From Opitutia bacterium (GTDB lineage Bacteria > Verrucomicrobiota > Verrucomicrobiia > Opitutales > Opitutaceae), in NCBI GenBank assembly GCA_947478395.1, contig CANJVR010000003.1, positions 1 to 64,000 of the forward strand: a DNA stretch of 64,000 nucleotides. The letters are read 5' to 3'. Below, one piece after another: positions 29,096 to 38,706 of this stretch (its first letter is position 1; each line of letters opens with the position of its first letter). The notes below the pieces were generated by a model, which was not told where the DNA came from, made no database searches, and saw only the letters and a list, made by a program, of their open reading frames with translations. Position numbers and translations under genes: made by a program.

Positions 29096-29748
29096 TGGCG
29101 CATGTAGGGCTGCAAATCCGCCTGCAGAAGCTGCTTCGCGTAGTGCAGACGTGAACGAACCGTCCCCACGGAAGTATCCATGATTTCGGCGATCTCTTGA
29201 TGGCTGAGCCCATCGATTTCGAATAAAGTGACCACGGTGCGATGCCGGATAGACAATTTTTGCATCGCCTCGTTCAATTTTTCCTGGAGCTCGTGCACAT
29301 AGGTGTCGCGATCGGCACCCGATTTATCGGTCAGCGCATCGATAATCTCCCGGGAAACCGGTTCATCGCCATCAATCTTTTCCAGGCTGAAAAACGAGCG
29401 AAACCGGTGCTTGCGCAGGTGACTCAACGCCGAATTCACCGCGATGCGGTAGAGCCAGGTAAAAAATGCCGACTGACCCTGAAACCGGTGGATCGACTGA
29501 AAGGCTTTGATGAAGGAATCCTGGGCGAGGTCCGCGGCATCCTCGCGATTGGACGTCATATGATAAATCAGCCCGAGCACCCGCTCGCGGTACTTGAGGA
29601 TCAGACCATCGAACGCCGCGACATCGCCGGCCTGCACGCGGTGAACGATTTCCAAATCGGCGTCAGCCTCCCGGACGCGCTCCGGTGACGCGACGAGGGT
29701 TTTGCCAAGCACCTTGGACGTTTCCATGACGACGCCAAGGAAGGGCAA
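29092..29748 (-). CDS. ECF sigma-70 factor (RpoE-like; start may be 29727)
   Basis: GDVAAFD, DLAQDSFIKAF, FFTWLYRIAVN, GTVRSRLHYAK. Confidence 0.93.
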   Translation of the reverse strand: MPFLGVVMETSKVLGKTLVASPERVREADADLEIVHRVQAGDVAAFDGLILKYRERVLGLIYHMTSNREDAADLAQDSFIKAFQSIHRFQGQSAFFTWLYRIAVNSALSHLRKHRFRSFFSLEKIDGDEPVSREIIDALTDKSGADRDTYVHELQEKLNEAMQKLSIRHRTVVTLFEIDGLSHQEIAEIMDTSVGTVRSRLHYAKQLLQADLQPYMRQ

Positions 29749-29904
29749 CCTCCGATCACGCGCAAATGGAAAGTGCGAACGTTCGCGAAGATCTGCGCGC
29801 GAATCAGAGACCGTTCGAAAACAATCCGCCCGAAGGCCGGTCGCCTAGATCGATTATACGCGGTTAGCCTTGCGCCAAAAAATCGTGGATCTATCGCGGG
29901 AGCC

Positions 29905-31047
29905 ATGTCCCCCGCCGCCCCCGGCCTCTTCCCATCGCACTTTCCCCGCGTTCGCACCGTTTTGAGTACGCTCGCGCTCGTGATCGGCGCCGTCTCCGCG
30001 GTTTACGCGCAAGCCCTCGCGCCACGCCAACCCACGTTGGAGCGCGCCTCCTTTCACGCGACGGCCCTCGAAGGCAATGCACTCGGCGATCCCGCCGAAC
30101 AACCCGTCCTGATTTTTCTCCCGCGCTCCTATCGCGCCGAGCCGCAGCGCCGTTACCCGGTGATCTATCTGCTCCACGGACTCGGCATGAAACCGAGCGA
30201 CTGGGAAGCCTCCTGGCCGGGACACCCCGCGCTGAGCGAACAGCTGAATCAAGCTAACGTCAGCGGTGGCTTGCCCGAGATGATCGTCGTCTACGCCAAT
30301 GGCGCCAACGCGTACATGGGCTCCCTTTATATGAACTCATCCGTCGAAGGACGGTGGGAGGATGCCATCGTGCGCGACCTCGTGAAGTGGATCGACGGCC
30401 GCTATCGCACGCTGCCGCAAGCTTCGAGTCGCGCCGTCATCGGGCTTTCGATGGGCGGCTTCGGTGCGCTGCGCTTCGGGTTTTTGCATCCGGATATTTT
30501 CAGCACCGTGTATGCGCTCTCACCGGCGTTCATCGGTTTCGCCGCCGATTTCAGTGAAGAAAATCCCACCAACGTCTCGACGCCGGGCGCGCAATCATAC
30601 GAAGACCTGCAACAGCGCGTCGCCCAATCGCGCGTCCGCGAAAACTACGCCGGATTGTTCTTCATCTGCGCCGCCGCATTTTCTCCCGCGCCGGAAGAAA
30701 AGCCGCTGCCGGTAAAATTCCCCTTCGTCCTCCGCAACGGCCGCGTCGTGCGCGATCTGCCGGTCTACCAACAGTGGATGGCCAACATGCCGCTCACGAT
30801 GGTCGACGAGCATCTGCGCGACATCCGCCAGCTGCGGGCCATTGGTTTCGACGTGGGATCGAACGATCATTTCCGACACATCCCCATAACCGTGCGAGCG
30901 CTCGACAAAGCGCTGACCGAACGCGGCGTCCCGCATTTTTTCGAGGAATTTAACGGCGGCCACACGACACACACGACGCAAAGGCTGATGGAGCGCGCGT
31001 TTCCGTTTGCCGCGCGGAACCTTTTGTTTTCGCCGGAGAAAAAATAG
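29905..31047 (+). CDS. Secreted alpha/beta-hydrolase esterase
   Basis: YPVIYLLHG; GLSMGG nucleophile elbow; EEFNGGH. Confidence 0.85.
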   Translation: MSPAAPGLFPSHFPRVRTVLSTLALVIGAVSAVYAQALAPRQPTLERASFHATALEGNALGDPAEQPVLIFLPRSYRAEPQRRYPVIYLLHGLGMKPSDWEASWPGHPALSEQLNQANVSGGLPEMIVVYANGANAYMGSLYMNSSVEGRWEDAIVRDLVKWIDGRYRTLPQASSRAVIGLSMGGFGALRFGFLHPDIFSTVYALSPAFIGFAADFSEENPTNVSTPGAQSYEDLQQRVAQSRVRENYAGLFFICAAAFSPAPEEKPLPVKFPFVLRNGRVVRDLPVYQQWMANMPLTMVDEHLRDIRQLRAIGFDVGSNDHFRHIPITVRALDKALTERGVPHFFEEFNGGHTTHTTQRLMERAFPFAARNLLFSPEKK

Positions 31048-31187
31048 CCCCGAGGCCGCGCGCACCAAAAAGGTCGGGAGCGTTAGTCCTTCGGTGCCGG
31101 TTTGGCTCTGCTCCCTTGGCGAGCTGATTCTTTTCACCCGGCTTGGACCACTTGCACCCCACCGCTGCCATCACAAACTGCGTCCCT

Positions 31188-32798
31188 ATGCACCGTTTCG
31201 TCCACTTCGCGTTTCTCGCCGGGCTCGTCCTATTCGCCAGTTGCGCGAAACACGAAACGCCGGCCGCCACCGGCAGCCGCACGCAAACCCTTCTCGTCGG
31301 CAATTACGCCGAGCCAGCCGATCTCGATCCGCAAACCGCCGCCGTGCTCTCGGATCAAAATATCCTCATGGCCCTGTTCGAGGGACTCACGGCCCTCGAC
31401 GAACAAAGCGCCCAGCCCGTCCCCGCCGCAGCCGAACGCTGGGAAGTTTCCGCCGCCGGCCTGGTCTGGACCTTTCACCTGCGCGCCGGCCTGAAATGGT
31501 CCAACGGCGAAACGCTCACCGCCGACGACTTCGTGCAATCCTGGCGTCGCATCCTCGTTCCGGCGCTCGCCGCCGAAAACGCCTCCTATCTCTACGCGCT
31601 CAAAAACGCCGAGGCCCTCAACGCCGGCAAACTCACTGATCCCACGGTTCTCGGCGCCGCCGCGCCCGACCCGCGCACCGTTGTGCTCACGCTGGAGCGC
31701 CCCACGCCGTACTTGCCCGCACTCGTTTCCCTGCCCGCGTGGTTTCCGGTCAACGTCCGCGTCCTCGCCAAATTCGGTCCGCTCACTCAGCGCGGCACGT
31801 CGTGGACGCGCGCGGGCAATCTCGTCGGCAACGGTGCGTTTTCCCTCAAAGAATGGTCGCCCAACGCCCGCATCGTCGCCGCGCAAAACTTACACTATTG
31901 GGACACGGCGCACCGGCAGTTGCAGGCCGTGGTGTTCGTCCCGATCGAAAACTCCGACACCGAGGAACGCGATTTCCGCGCGGGCCAGTTGCACCTCACG
32001 TTCACGCTACCGGTTTCGAAACTCGCAACGTGGCGCGAGCGCGAGCCCGCGAAACTGCGCGTCGATCCGCTGCTCCAGACAATTTTCCTCCGCCTCAACA
32101 CCACGAAGCCCCCGCTCAACGATCCGCGCGTACGCCGCGCGCTTTCGCTGGCGATCGACCGCGACACGCTGGCCCGCACCGTGCTCGCGGGCAGTCGGGC
32201 TCCCGCCCACAGCTTCACCCCGCCCTCGACCGGCAGCTACACCGCCCGGGTTCATCTCGGCACCGATTTTGACGCCGCGCGAAAACTCCTCGCGGAGGCC
32301 GGCCATCCGGGCGGCAAGGATTTGCCCGCGCTCGAAATCCAGACACTCAACAACGACCTCCACAGCAAACTCGCTGAGGCCCTCCAAGCGATCTGGCGGC
32401 GCGAACTCGGCGTGCGTGTAACCGTCGCGCCGACCGAACAGCGGACGTGGATCTCAAACCAACAGACGCTCAACTACGCGATCTCGACCGCGTCGTGGAC
32501 CGCGGACTTCCCGGACCCGATCACGTTTCTCGGACTCTTCCCGACCGGCGGCACCTACAACTGGACCGGCTGGAGCAATCCGACGTACGACAACTTGCTC
32601 GATTCCGCCGCACTGGCGACCGATGCGGCGAAGCGCGCGGAGATCTTTCAACAAGCGGAAGCACTGCTGCTCACCGACGCGCCCGTCGCGCCGATTTTTT
32701 TTGGCGCGCAAATTTATCTCATCGATCCGGCCGTTAAAAACTGGGCGCCGGCGCCGCTGGTGTTTCACCGTTATCAGCTCACGCATCTCGGAAACTGA
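31188..32798 (+). CDS. oppA: Oligopeptide ABC transporter substrate-binding lipoprotein
   Basis: Lipobox LFASC; EPADLDP, LFEGL, VGNGAF.L.EW, DPRVRRALSLAIDR. Confidence 0.9.
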   Translation: MHRFVHFAFLAGLVLFASCAKHETPAATGSRTQTLLVGNYAEPADLDPQTAAVLSDQNILMALFEGLTALDEQSAQPVPAAAERWEVSAAGLVWTFHLRAGLKWSNGETLTADDFVQSWRRILVPALAAENASYLYALKNAEALNAGKLTDPTVLGAAAPDPRTVVLTLERPTPYLPALVSLPAWFPVNVRVLAKFGPLTQRGTSWTRAGNLVGNGAFSLKEWSPNARIVAAQNLHYWDTAHRQLQAVVFVPIENSDTEERDFRAGQLHLTFTLPVSKLATWREREPAKLRVDPLLQTIFLRLNTTKPPLNDPRVRRALSLAIDRDTLARTVLAGSRAPAHSFTPPSTGSYTARVHLGTDFDAARKLLAEAGHPGGKDLPALEIQTLNNDLHSKLAEALQAIWRRELGVRVTVAPTEQRTWISNQQTLNYAISTASWTADFPDPITFLGLFPTGGTYNWTGWSNPTYDNLLDSAALATDAAKRAEIFQQAEALLLTDAPVAPIFFGAQIYLIDPAVKNWAPAPLVFHRYQLTHLGN

Positions 32799-32804
32799 TT
32801 TTAT

Positions 32805-32870
32805 GGTGGGAGCGCGGCCGCCCTCGGCCGCATCCGGATTTTCCTGTGGCCCGAGGCGGCCGCGCTTCCA
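32805..32870. repeat. Palindromic repeat doublet, family C (intergenic)
   Basis: GGTGGGAGCGCGGCCGCCCTCGGCCGC...GGCCCGAGGCGGCCGCGCTTCCA; a degenerate copy lies near 34338-34395. Confidence 0.7.
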
Positions 32871-32917
32871 TCGAACATTCCTTGTCGCGCCACCCTCGCC
32901 CGTCCAACGTCGCCGTC

Positions 32918-33385
32918 ATGCGTTTCGTTGTCGTCCTGCTTTCCCTCGTGTTCGCCAGCGCCACGTTGCGCGCGGCCGAGATCGAATTCGTGCGCGTCTG
33001 GCCTTCATGGCGCGCCGCGGAGTCGTTTGATCGCATCTCCGAATATTTCACGGAAAAGGAAAACACGGCGGGACGCACCCTGCTCCGCACTCAAGCGACG
33101 TCCCGGGCTGGTTATTATTTTCTCGTGCGGATCAAAGCTCCCGGCACCGCCCCCGCCGGCGCGAAATTCGTGTTGAACCTTATCACGCCGACCGACCCCG
33201 CGGGAAAAACTTACACGTTCCCGTTGAGCGTGGCCGTCGGTGGCGTCTTCGAACTCGGTCTGACCGGGACCGACTGGCCCAATCAAAAAACTCATCCCGT
33301 CGCGTGGAAACTGGAGCTCCTCGCGGCGGACGGACACGCTCTCGCCAGCGCGCAAAGTTTTCTATGGGCGATGCCCAGACCTTGA
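32918..33385 (+). CDS. Secreted hypothetical protein
   Basis: Signal peptide MRFVVVLLSLVFASATLRA; coding-like composition. Confidence 0.7.
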   Translation: MRFVVVLLSLVFASATLRAAEIEFVRVWPSWRAAESFDRISEYFTEKENTAGRTLLRTQATSRAGYYFLVRIKAPGTAPAGAKFVLNLITPTDPAGKTYTFPLSVAVGGVFELGLTGTDWPNQKTHPVAWKLELLAADGHALASAQSFLWAMPRP

Positions 33386-34320
33386 ACGCGCCGATCCCGG
33401 AGAGCCCGCGGCCCTTGGGCCAATCGTGGCATCCGCTTGAGGGTATCGGTTCACTCGACGAGCGCGTCCTCGCCGAGACCCTCGATGGTGGTCAGGCGTT
33501 TCGCTGGCGACGTGCAGCCGACGGCACATGGCGCGGGATTTGGGGCGAACACGTCGCGCATTTGCGACGCGCCTCCGATGGTTCGCTGGCCTGGTCCGGG
33601 CCGCGCGCAGAAACCGGCGCCGCTTTTATTCATTATTTCAGCAGCAACGAAATGAATGCGCCCGCCGACTCTCTGCCGTGGCGCAGCGATGCGCACTTGG
33701 CCCGCTGCCTCGCGGCGTTTCCGGGTCTTAAAATCTTACGCCAGCCGTTCGGTGAGACCCTGCTCGGTTTTTTGTGCAGCGCCACGAAGCAGATCGTACA
33801 GATCAAACAAATGGTCGCGCTGCTCGCGGAGCGTCACGGAAAACCCGTAGCGGAACGCATCCGCGTTTCGGGCGAAAGTCTCACGACTTCGGCTACGATG
33901 ATTTATCGTCTGCCAACCTGGCCGGAGCTCGCGGCAGTGCCGGAAACGGAATTGCGCGCCTGCCTGCTCGGCTTTCGTGCGCGCTACATTCACCAGACGG
34001 CGCAGTTCATCGCGGCGCACCCGGGATGGCTCGAAGAAACGGAGACGTTACCTTACGCCGAAGCGAAAGCCCGGCTCTGCTCGCTGCCCGGCGTGGGCGA
34101 AAAAGTCGCGGACTGCGTGTTGCTCTTTGGCGCGGGGAAAATGGAAGCCTTTCCCGTCGATGTCTGGATTTTGAAAGCCATGGCCGAGCGTTACGCGCTG
34201 CATGGTTGGAAGCCCGCGCAAGTCGCGCATTTCGGCCGGATGCACTTCGGTCCGCTCGCCGGCCTGGCGCAGCAATATCTCTTCGCGTGGGAGCGGGCGG
34301 AAGCGCGGGCGGTGAAATAG
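33382..34320 (+). CDS. 8-oxoguanine DNA glycosylase (OGG/HhH-GPD)
   Basis: TLDGGQAFRW, GLKILRQ, LGFRARY, LPGVGEKVADCVLLFG, FPVDVW, AGLAQQYLF. Start is TTG 33382 (TTGA overlap) or ATG 33364. Confidence 0.9.
   Translation: MNAPIPESPRPLGQSWHPLEGIGSLDERVLAETLDGGQAFRWRRAADGTWRGIWGEHVAHLRRASDGSLAWSGPRAETGAAFIHYFSSNEMNAPADSLPWRSDAHLARCLAAFPGLKILRQPFGETLLGFLCSATKQIVQIKQMVALLAERHGKPVAERIRVSGESLTTSATMIYRLPTWPELAAVPETELRACLLGFRARYIHQTAQFIAAHPGWLEETETLPYAEAKARLCSLPGVGEKVADCVLLFGAGKMEAFPVDVWILKAMAERYALHGWKPAQVAHFGRMHFGPLAGLAQQYLFAWERAEARAVK
33847..33896. repeat. GTAG...CTAC REP doublet inside the glycosylase CDS
   Basis: Two inverted 24-nt arms GTAGC(G/C)GAA...TTTCG, each hairpin-forming, separated by GG. 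Confidence 0.7.
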
Positions 34321-34476
34321 TCGACGATTCAGACCCGAGAGCGCGGCCGTTCTTAGCGGCCTCCCCCGATTCGGCCGAGGGCGAGCGCCCTCCCACCAAC
34401 ACCTCCGATACCGAGGGACCGTTCGGCAAAAACGAACTGGCCATCGCCAAGCCGCGGGCCTCTGCTCGATTCCAAT

Positions 34477-36045
34477 ATGCCCCTTCCCCTGCGCTTCCCC
34501 AGCGTGCTGGCCGGCCTCGGCCTAGCGCTCGTCCTGAGTTCTTCTTTAGTCGCCGCCGAGGAAAAGCCCGCCACCCCCGCCATTGCTCCTGCCCTCGCGG
34601 CTGCCAGCGGCGACAGCGCCGTGGAAAACTCCGTCGTGAAAATTTTCACGACCATGCGCTACCCCGATCTCGGCAAACCTTGGACGAAACAAGCCCCGCG
34701 CGAAGCCACCGGTTCTGGCGTCGTCATCGAGGGCAAACGCATTCTCACCAATGCTCACCTCGCCCTCTACGCGAGCCAAGTGCAGGTGCAGGCCAACCAA
34801 TCCGGCGACAAGCTTTCCGCGACCGTTGAATTCGTCGCTGCCGGCATCGACCTCGCGGTGCTCAAACTCGACGACGAATCGTTTTTCGACACCCACAAAG
34901 CCCTCCCGCGCGCCGCCAAATTGCCCGCCATCAAGGACGCGATTCTTGTCTATGGTTTTCCGACGGGCGGCACCAGTCTCTCCATCACGAAGGGTATCGT
35001 TTCCCGCGTCGAATTCACGTCCTACAATTATCCGACCTCCGGCCTCCGCGTGCAGATCGATGCGGCGATCAATCCAGGCAACAGCGGCGGACCCGCGCTC
35101 GTCGCCGATCAGATGGTCGGCCTAGCGTTTTCCCGCCTCGGCGGCGGCGATAACATCGGCTACATCATCCCGGCCGAGGAAATCGAAATCTTCCTGCGCG
35201 ATATCGCCGATGGCCGCTACGACGGCAAACCCGCGATGTTCGACGAACTCCAGACCCTCGAGAATCCCGCGCTCCGCGCCTTTCTCAAACTCGATAAAAC
35301 CGCCGAGGGCATGGTCGTCCACGAGCCGGCCGGCGCCGACGCCAACTATCTGCTCAAAGAGTGGGACCTCATCACCAAAATCGGAACCACCCCGATTGAC
35401 GTGCAAGGCATGATCAACGCCGGCGACAATCTACGCGTTCGCTTCAACTACCTCATCCAAAAGATCGCGGTCGACGGCAAGGTGCCGCTCACCGTGGTCC
35501 GCGCCGGACGCGAGTTAAAACTCGATCTCCCGCTGATCACCACGCCGGCTCAGGTCATCGCCGATCTCCAAGGCGCCTATCCCGCCTACTTCGTGTGCGG
35601 CCCGCTCGTTTTTTCGCCCGCGACCGCGCAGCTCGTCAGCAGCTTTGGCGGCAACAGCAACGTCCTCGCCGTGCTGAGCGCGGTCGGCAGCCCGCTGGTG
35701 ACCCGCCGAAGCGACCATCCGGAATTTCCGGGCGAAGAACTGGTGGTCGTTTCATCACCGCTTTTCCCGCACAAGCTCGCGAAAGGTTACTCCAACCCCG
35801 TCGCGCAGGTGGTAAAGGCGATCAACCACACCCCCGTGAAAAACCTGAAGCATCTCGTTGAAATATTACGGGATTCAAAGGACGAGTTTCTCACCTTCAC
35901 CTTCGACCAGCGCGGGGCCGAGACCCTGGTGTTCCCCCGGCAGGCAATGATCGCGGCGACCGAGGAAATCCTCACCGACAACGGCGTCCGCAGCCAAGCT
36001 TCGCCGGAACTCCTCGCCGTTTGGAACGCGAAGCCAACACCGTAA
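34477..36045 (+). CDS. Secreted Deg/HtrA serine protease with PDZ-like domains
   Basis: TNAH, IDLA, DAAINPGNSGGP triad; signal peptide. Confidence 0.92.
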   Translation: MPLPLRFPSVLAGLGLALVLSSSLVAAEEKPATPAIAPALAAASGDSAVENSVVKIFTTMRYPDLGKPWTKQAPREATGSGVVIEGKRILTNAHLALYASQVQVQANQSGDKLSATVEFVAAGIDLAVLKLDDESFFDTHKALPRAAKLPAIKDAILVYGFPTGGTSLSITKGIVSRVEFTSYNYPTSGLRVQIDAAINPGNSGGPALVADQMVGLAFSRLGGGDNIGYIIPAEEIEIFLRDIADGRYDGKPAMFDELQTLENPALRAFLKLDKTAEGMVVHEPAGADANYLLKEWDLITKIGTTPIDVQGMINAGDNLRVRFNYLIQKIAVDGKVPLTVVRAGRELKLDLPLITTPAQVIADLQGAYPAYFVCGPLVFSPATAQLVSSFGGNSNVLAVLSAVGSPLVTRRSDHPEFPGEELVVVSSPLFPHKLAKGYSNPVAQVVKAINHTPVKNLKHLVEILRDSKDEFLTFTFDQRGAETLVFPRQAMIAATEEILTDNGVRSQASPELLAVWNAKPTP

Positions 36046-36270
36046 CGGAACCCCGGGCAGCGCGTGATTCGACGCCACGCCGCACGGGCCATTCGTGGAT
36101 CTGAGGCGCGTAATCGGGTTCACCTTCCGGGCCATATTTCACGCGGGCCTTCAAATTGAAACCCAGGCCTTTCGCGAACGTGGTGCCGCTATGATTTACT
36201 CTCGCCGCGCAGCAATCATTACGCCGGGAAGTTATTGCGCTAGGGCTAAGCCTGACGAAAATTTTCTTAA

Positions 36271-36336
36271 GTAGTGCGGGGCTTCAGCCCCCGTCGAACG
36301 TTCCCAGAACGCGGGCTGAAGCCTCGCGCTCCCTAC
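36271..36336. repeat. REP doublet, family B
   Basis: GTAGTGCGGGGCTTCAGCCC...GGGCTGAAGCCTCGCGCTCCCTAC. Confidence 0.7.
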
Positions 36337-36346
36337 AGCCCCCATC

Positions 36347-38587
36347 ATGAAACTTATCCTCCGCTTACCCCGCCTTCGTTCGATCACGTGCATTGGGCTC
36401 ACGCTCGTCGCCACCGTCATCGGTACCACTCACGCTTCGGCCGATCCGTTGCGCGCCGATCTTTCGGCTTACACCGCGGCGAGCGGACTCACGGCCACCG
36501 TCGAAGGGGATCAGCTCACCGTGGTTTGGGCAGATGGGGCGCAGGGTGAGCTCCGGGCTCGCTATGCGATCGACCACGCGCAGCCGGTCATTCGCGAGTT
36601 AGCGGTGCGAAAGGCGGGCGGTAGTTGGGCGGCTCTCGGGCGCGATCTAACGGCGGAGTTCACGGTCAAGACCGGCCACCGCCGCATCGATTTCGTCGGA
36701 CTCAATAATTTCGGGAAAGCCGGTCAGGATATCACGTCGCGCGCGGTAAAAGATCGCGAAGCCTGGTTTTCTTTCTGGGACGCGCCATTCGTGATCCCAG
36801 GTGAGATGACCCGCAATCCCGACCTTCCGCGCCTGCCCACGGAAATCGAAGTCGCCAAGGCCACATTCAACACCGCGTCCTGCACGGTGAAAACCGACGG
36901 CGCACGCCTTGAGGTCGAATTTCCCGGACTGACGATGGGAATTTTCACGGGCGGGATTCGCTTTACCCATTACCGCGGCGCCGGCCTTTATCGCGTGGAA
37001 GCCATCGCGAAAACCGAGCGCGATCTCGTCGCCTACAAATACGACCTCGGGCTCAAGGGCCTCACGACCGCCATGACGCCGCAGGTTCGGTGGCTCGACA
37101 CGGGTGGCAACAATCAGCGCTATCAATTCGGCGGTGTCGTGCACGGCGGTCCGGTGACCGTCCGCGCGAAAAACCGCGTGATGATCGCCGAAGGCCCGGC
37201 GGGCTCGATCGCGGTGTTTCCGCCGCCAACCGTGTTTTTCCCGGCGCGCGAGGTGGACACTAATCTCGGCTACGTGTGGTACCGCAAGGATGCCGAGGGC
37301 CTCTACACGATGGGCGTCAAGCAGGCGGATCACGAGGATGTCCCGAAGTATCTGCAGAACTTCGCCCTCTACAATGCGCCCCCCGGCACGCTCCAGCGAA
37401 TGGCCACGTATTTTTATCTCAGCGCAAATGATGCCGCGGCCACGCGCGCATCCGTGATGGCCTACACCCACAACGACACGTTTGCCCCGATCGCCGGCTA
37501 CAAAACCATGGTGAATCATTTCCACCTGGAGTTCACGGACCACCTGCGCGCGTCCGGCTCGCTCGACACCGAGACGCCCGATCTGGCCGCGATGCGCGCG
37601 CTCGGGATCAACATCATTGGCCTGAGCGATTTTCACGCCGACAAGCTGAAGTTGAACGACTCAGGACCCGGCGGACGATTCGCCGATCAAAAGGACTACT
37701 ACGAAGGCGCGCGCCGGGCATCGGACAAGGACTTCCTCATCACGCCGTGGGAGGAGCCGAGCATCGCGTTCGGCGGCCACTACAATATCCTGTATCCACG
37801 GCCGCTGTTCTACTCCAAGGTTCGCACGCCGGGCCAAGCGTTCCTGGAACAGGATCCCACGTATGGGAAAGTGTACCACACGAGCACCGCGGAGGAAGTG
37901 CAGCAGCTGCTCGAAGCCGAAAACGCCTATTGGTACACGGCGCATCCGCGCACCAAGAGCTCGGCGGGCTATCCGGATTTCTACTGGGATAAGTTCTACG
38001 CGAAGAACGATCATTTCCTGGGCATCGCCTTCAAGCCCGGCATGGGCATGGACCTTTCCGATACGCGACTCGCCGACTGGCGCACCTTCGACGCGATCGA
38101 CACGATGAACAACCTCAACGCCGACACGAACCTGCGTCCGAAGGTTTTAATCGCCGACGTCGACACGTACCAGAAATGGCCGCACGACGACCTGTTTCCC
38201 GGCATCCCCGTCAACTATCTGAAGATGGACCGCGTGCCCGGACCGGACGAGGACTGGGGTTCGATCATGAAGGCACTGAGCGAGGGCAATTTCTTCGGCA
38301 CGACCGGTGAAGTGTACATTCGCAACTACGCGGTGCAGGGCACGGGGAACAAGCGCACGATTTCGGCCGACGTCGATTACACGTTTCCGCTGGAGTTCGT
38401 CGAAGTGGTCTGGGGCGACGGGAAAAAGATTGAGCGTCAGATTATTCGGGCCACCGAGCTGACGCCGATGGGCACAAAGCATTTTTCGATTCCCTTCGAT
38501 GCGACGGGGAAAAAATGGGTGCGATTCGCGGTCTGGGATTCTGCGGTCAACGGCGCCTTCGTGCAGCCGATCTGGCTGCACCGCTGA
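36347..38587 (+). CDS. Large secreted protein with a putative PHP-like metallohydrolase C-terminal half
   Basis: Signal peptide; HFH, SDFH, EE, GGHY and AHP motifs in PHP order. Confidence 0.6.
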   Translation: MKLILRLPRLRSITCIGLTLVATVIGTTHASADPLRADLSAYTAASGLTATVEGDQLTVVWADGAQGELRARYAIDHAQPVIRELAVRKAGGSWAALGRDLTAEFTVKTGHRRIDFVGLNNFGKAGQDITSRAVKDREAWFSFWDAPFVIPGEMTRNPDLPRLPTEIEVAKATFNTASCTVKTDGARLEVEFPGLTMGIFTGGIRFTHYRGAGLYRVEAIAKTERDLVAYKYDLGLKGLTTAMTPQVRWLDTGGNNQRYQFGGVVHGGPVTVRAKNRVMIAEGPAGSIAVFPPPTVFFPAREVDTNLGYVWYRKDAEGLYTMGVKQADHEDVPKYLQNFALYNAPPGTLQRMATYFYLSANDAAATRASVMAYTHNDTFAPIAGYKTMVNHFHLEFTDHLRASGSLDTETPDLAAMRALGINIIGLSDFHADKLKLNDSGPGGRFADQKDYYEGARRASDKDFLITPWEEPSIAFGGHYNILYPRPLFYSKVRTPGQAFLEQDPTYGKVYHTSTAEEVQQLLEAENAYWYTAHPRTKSSAGYPDFYWDKFYAKNDHFLGIAFKPGMGMDLSDTRLADWRTFDAIDTMNNLNADTNLRPKVLIADVDTYQKWPHDDLFPGIPVNYLKMDRVPGPDEDWGSIMKALSEGNFFGTTGEVYIRNYAVQGTGNKRTISADVDYTFPLEFVEVVWGDGKKIERQIIRATELTPMGTKHFSIPFDATGKKWVRFAVWDSAVNGAFVQPIWLHR

Positions 38588-38600
38588 GCCGGGGAGATAA

Positions 38601-38697
38601 GGTAGGGCGCGTTATCCCTAACGCGCCGGTTAGACGTTGCCCACGATGATACGTAGTCGGAGCCAAACGTGGCGGGTTAAGGATAACCCGCCCTACC
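38601..38697. repeat. REP doublet, family A
   Basis: GGTAGGGCGCGTTATCCCTAACGCGCC...GGCGGGTTAAGGATAACCCGCCCTACC. Confidence 0.8.
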
Positions 38698-38706
38698 TTC
38701 GACCCA

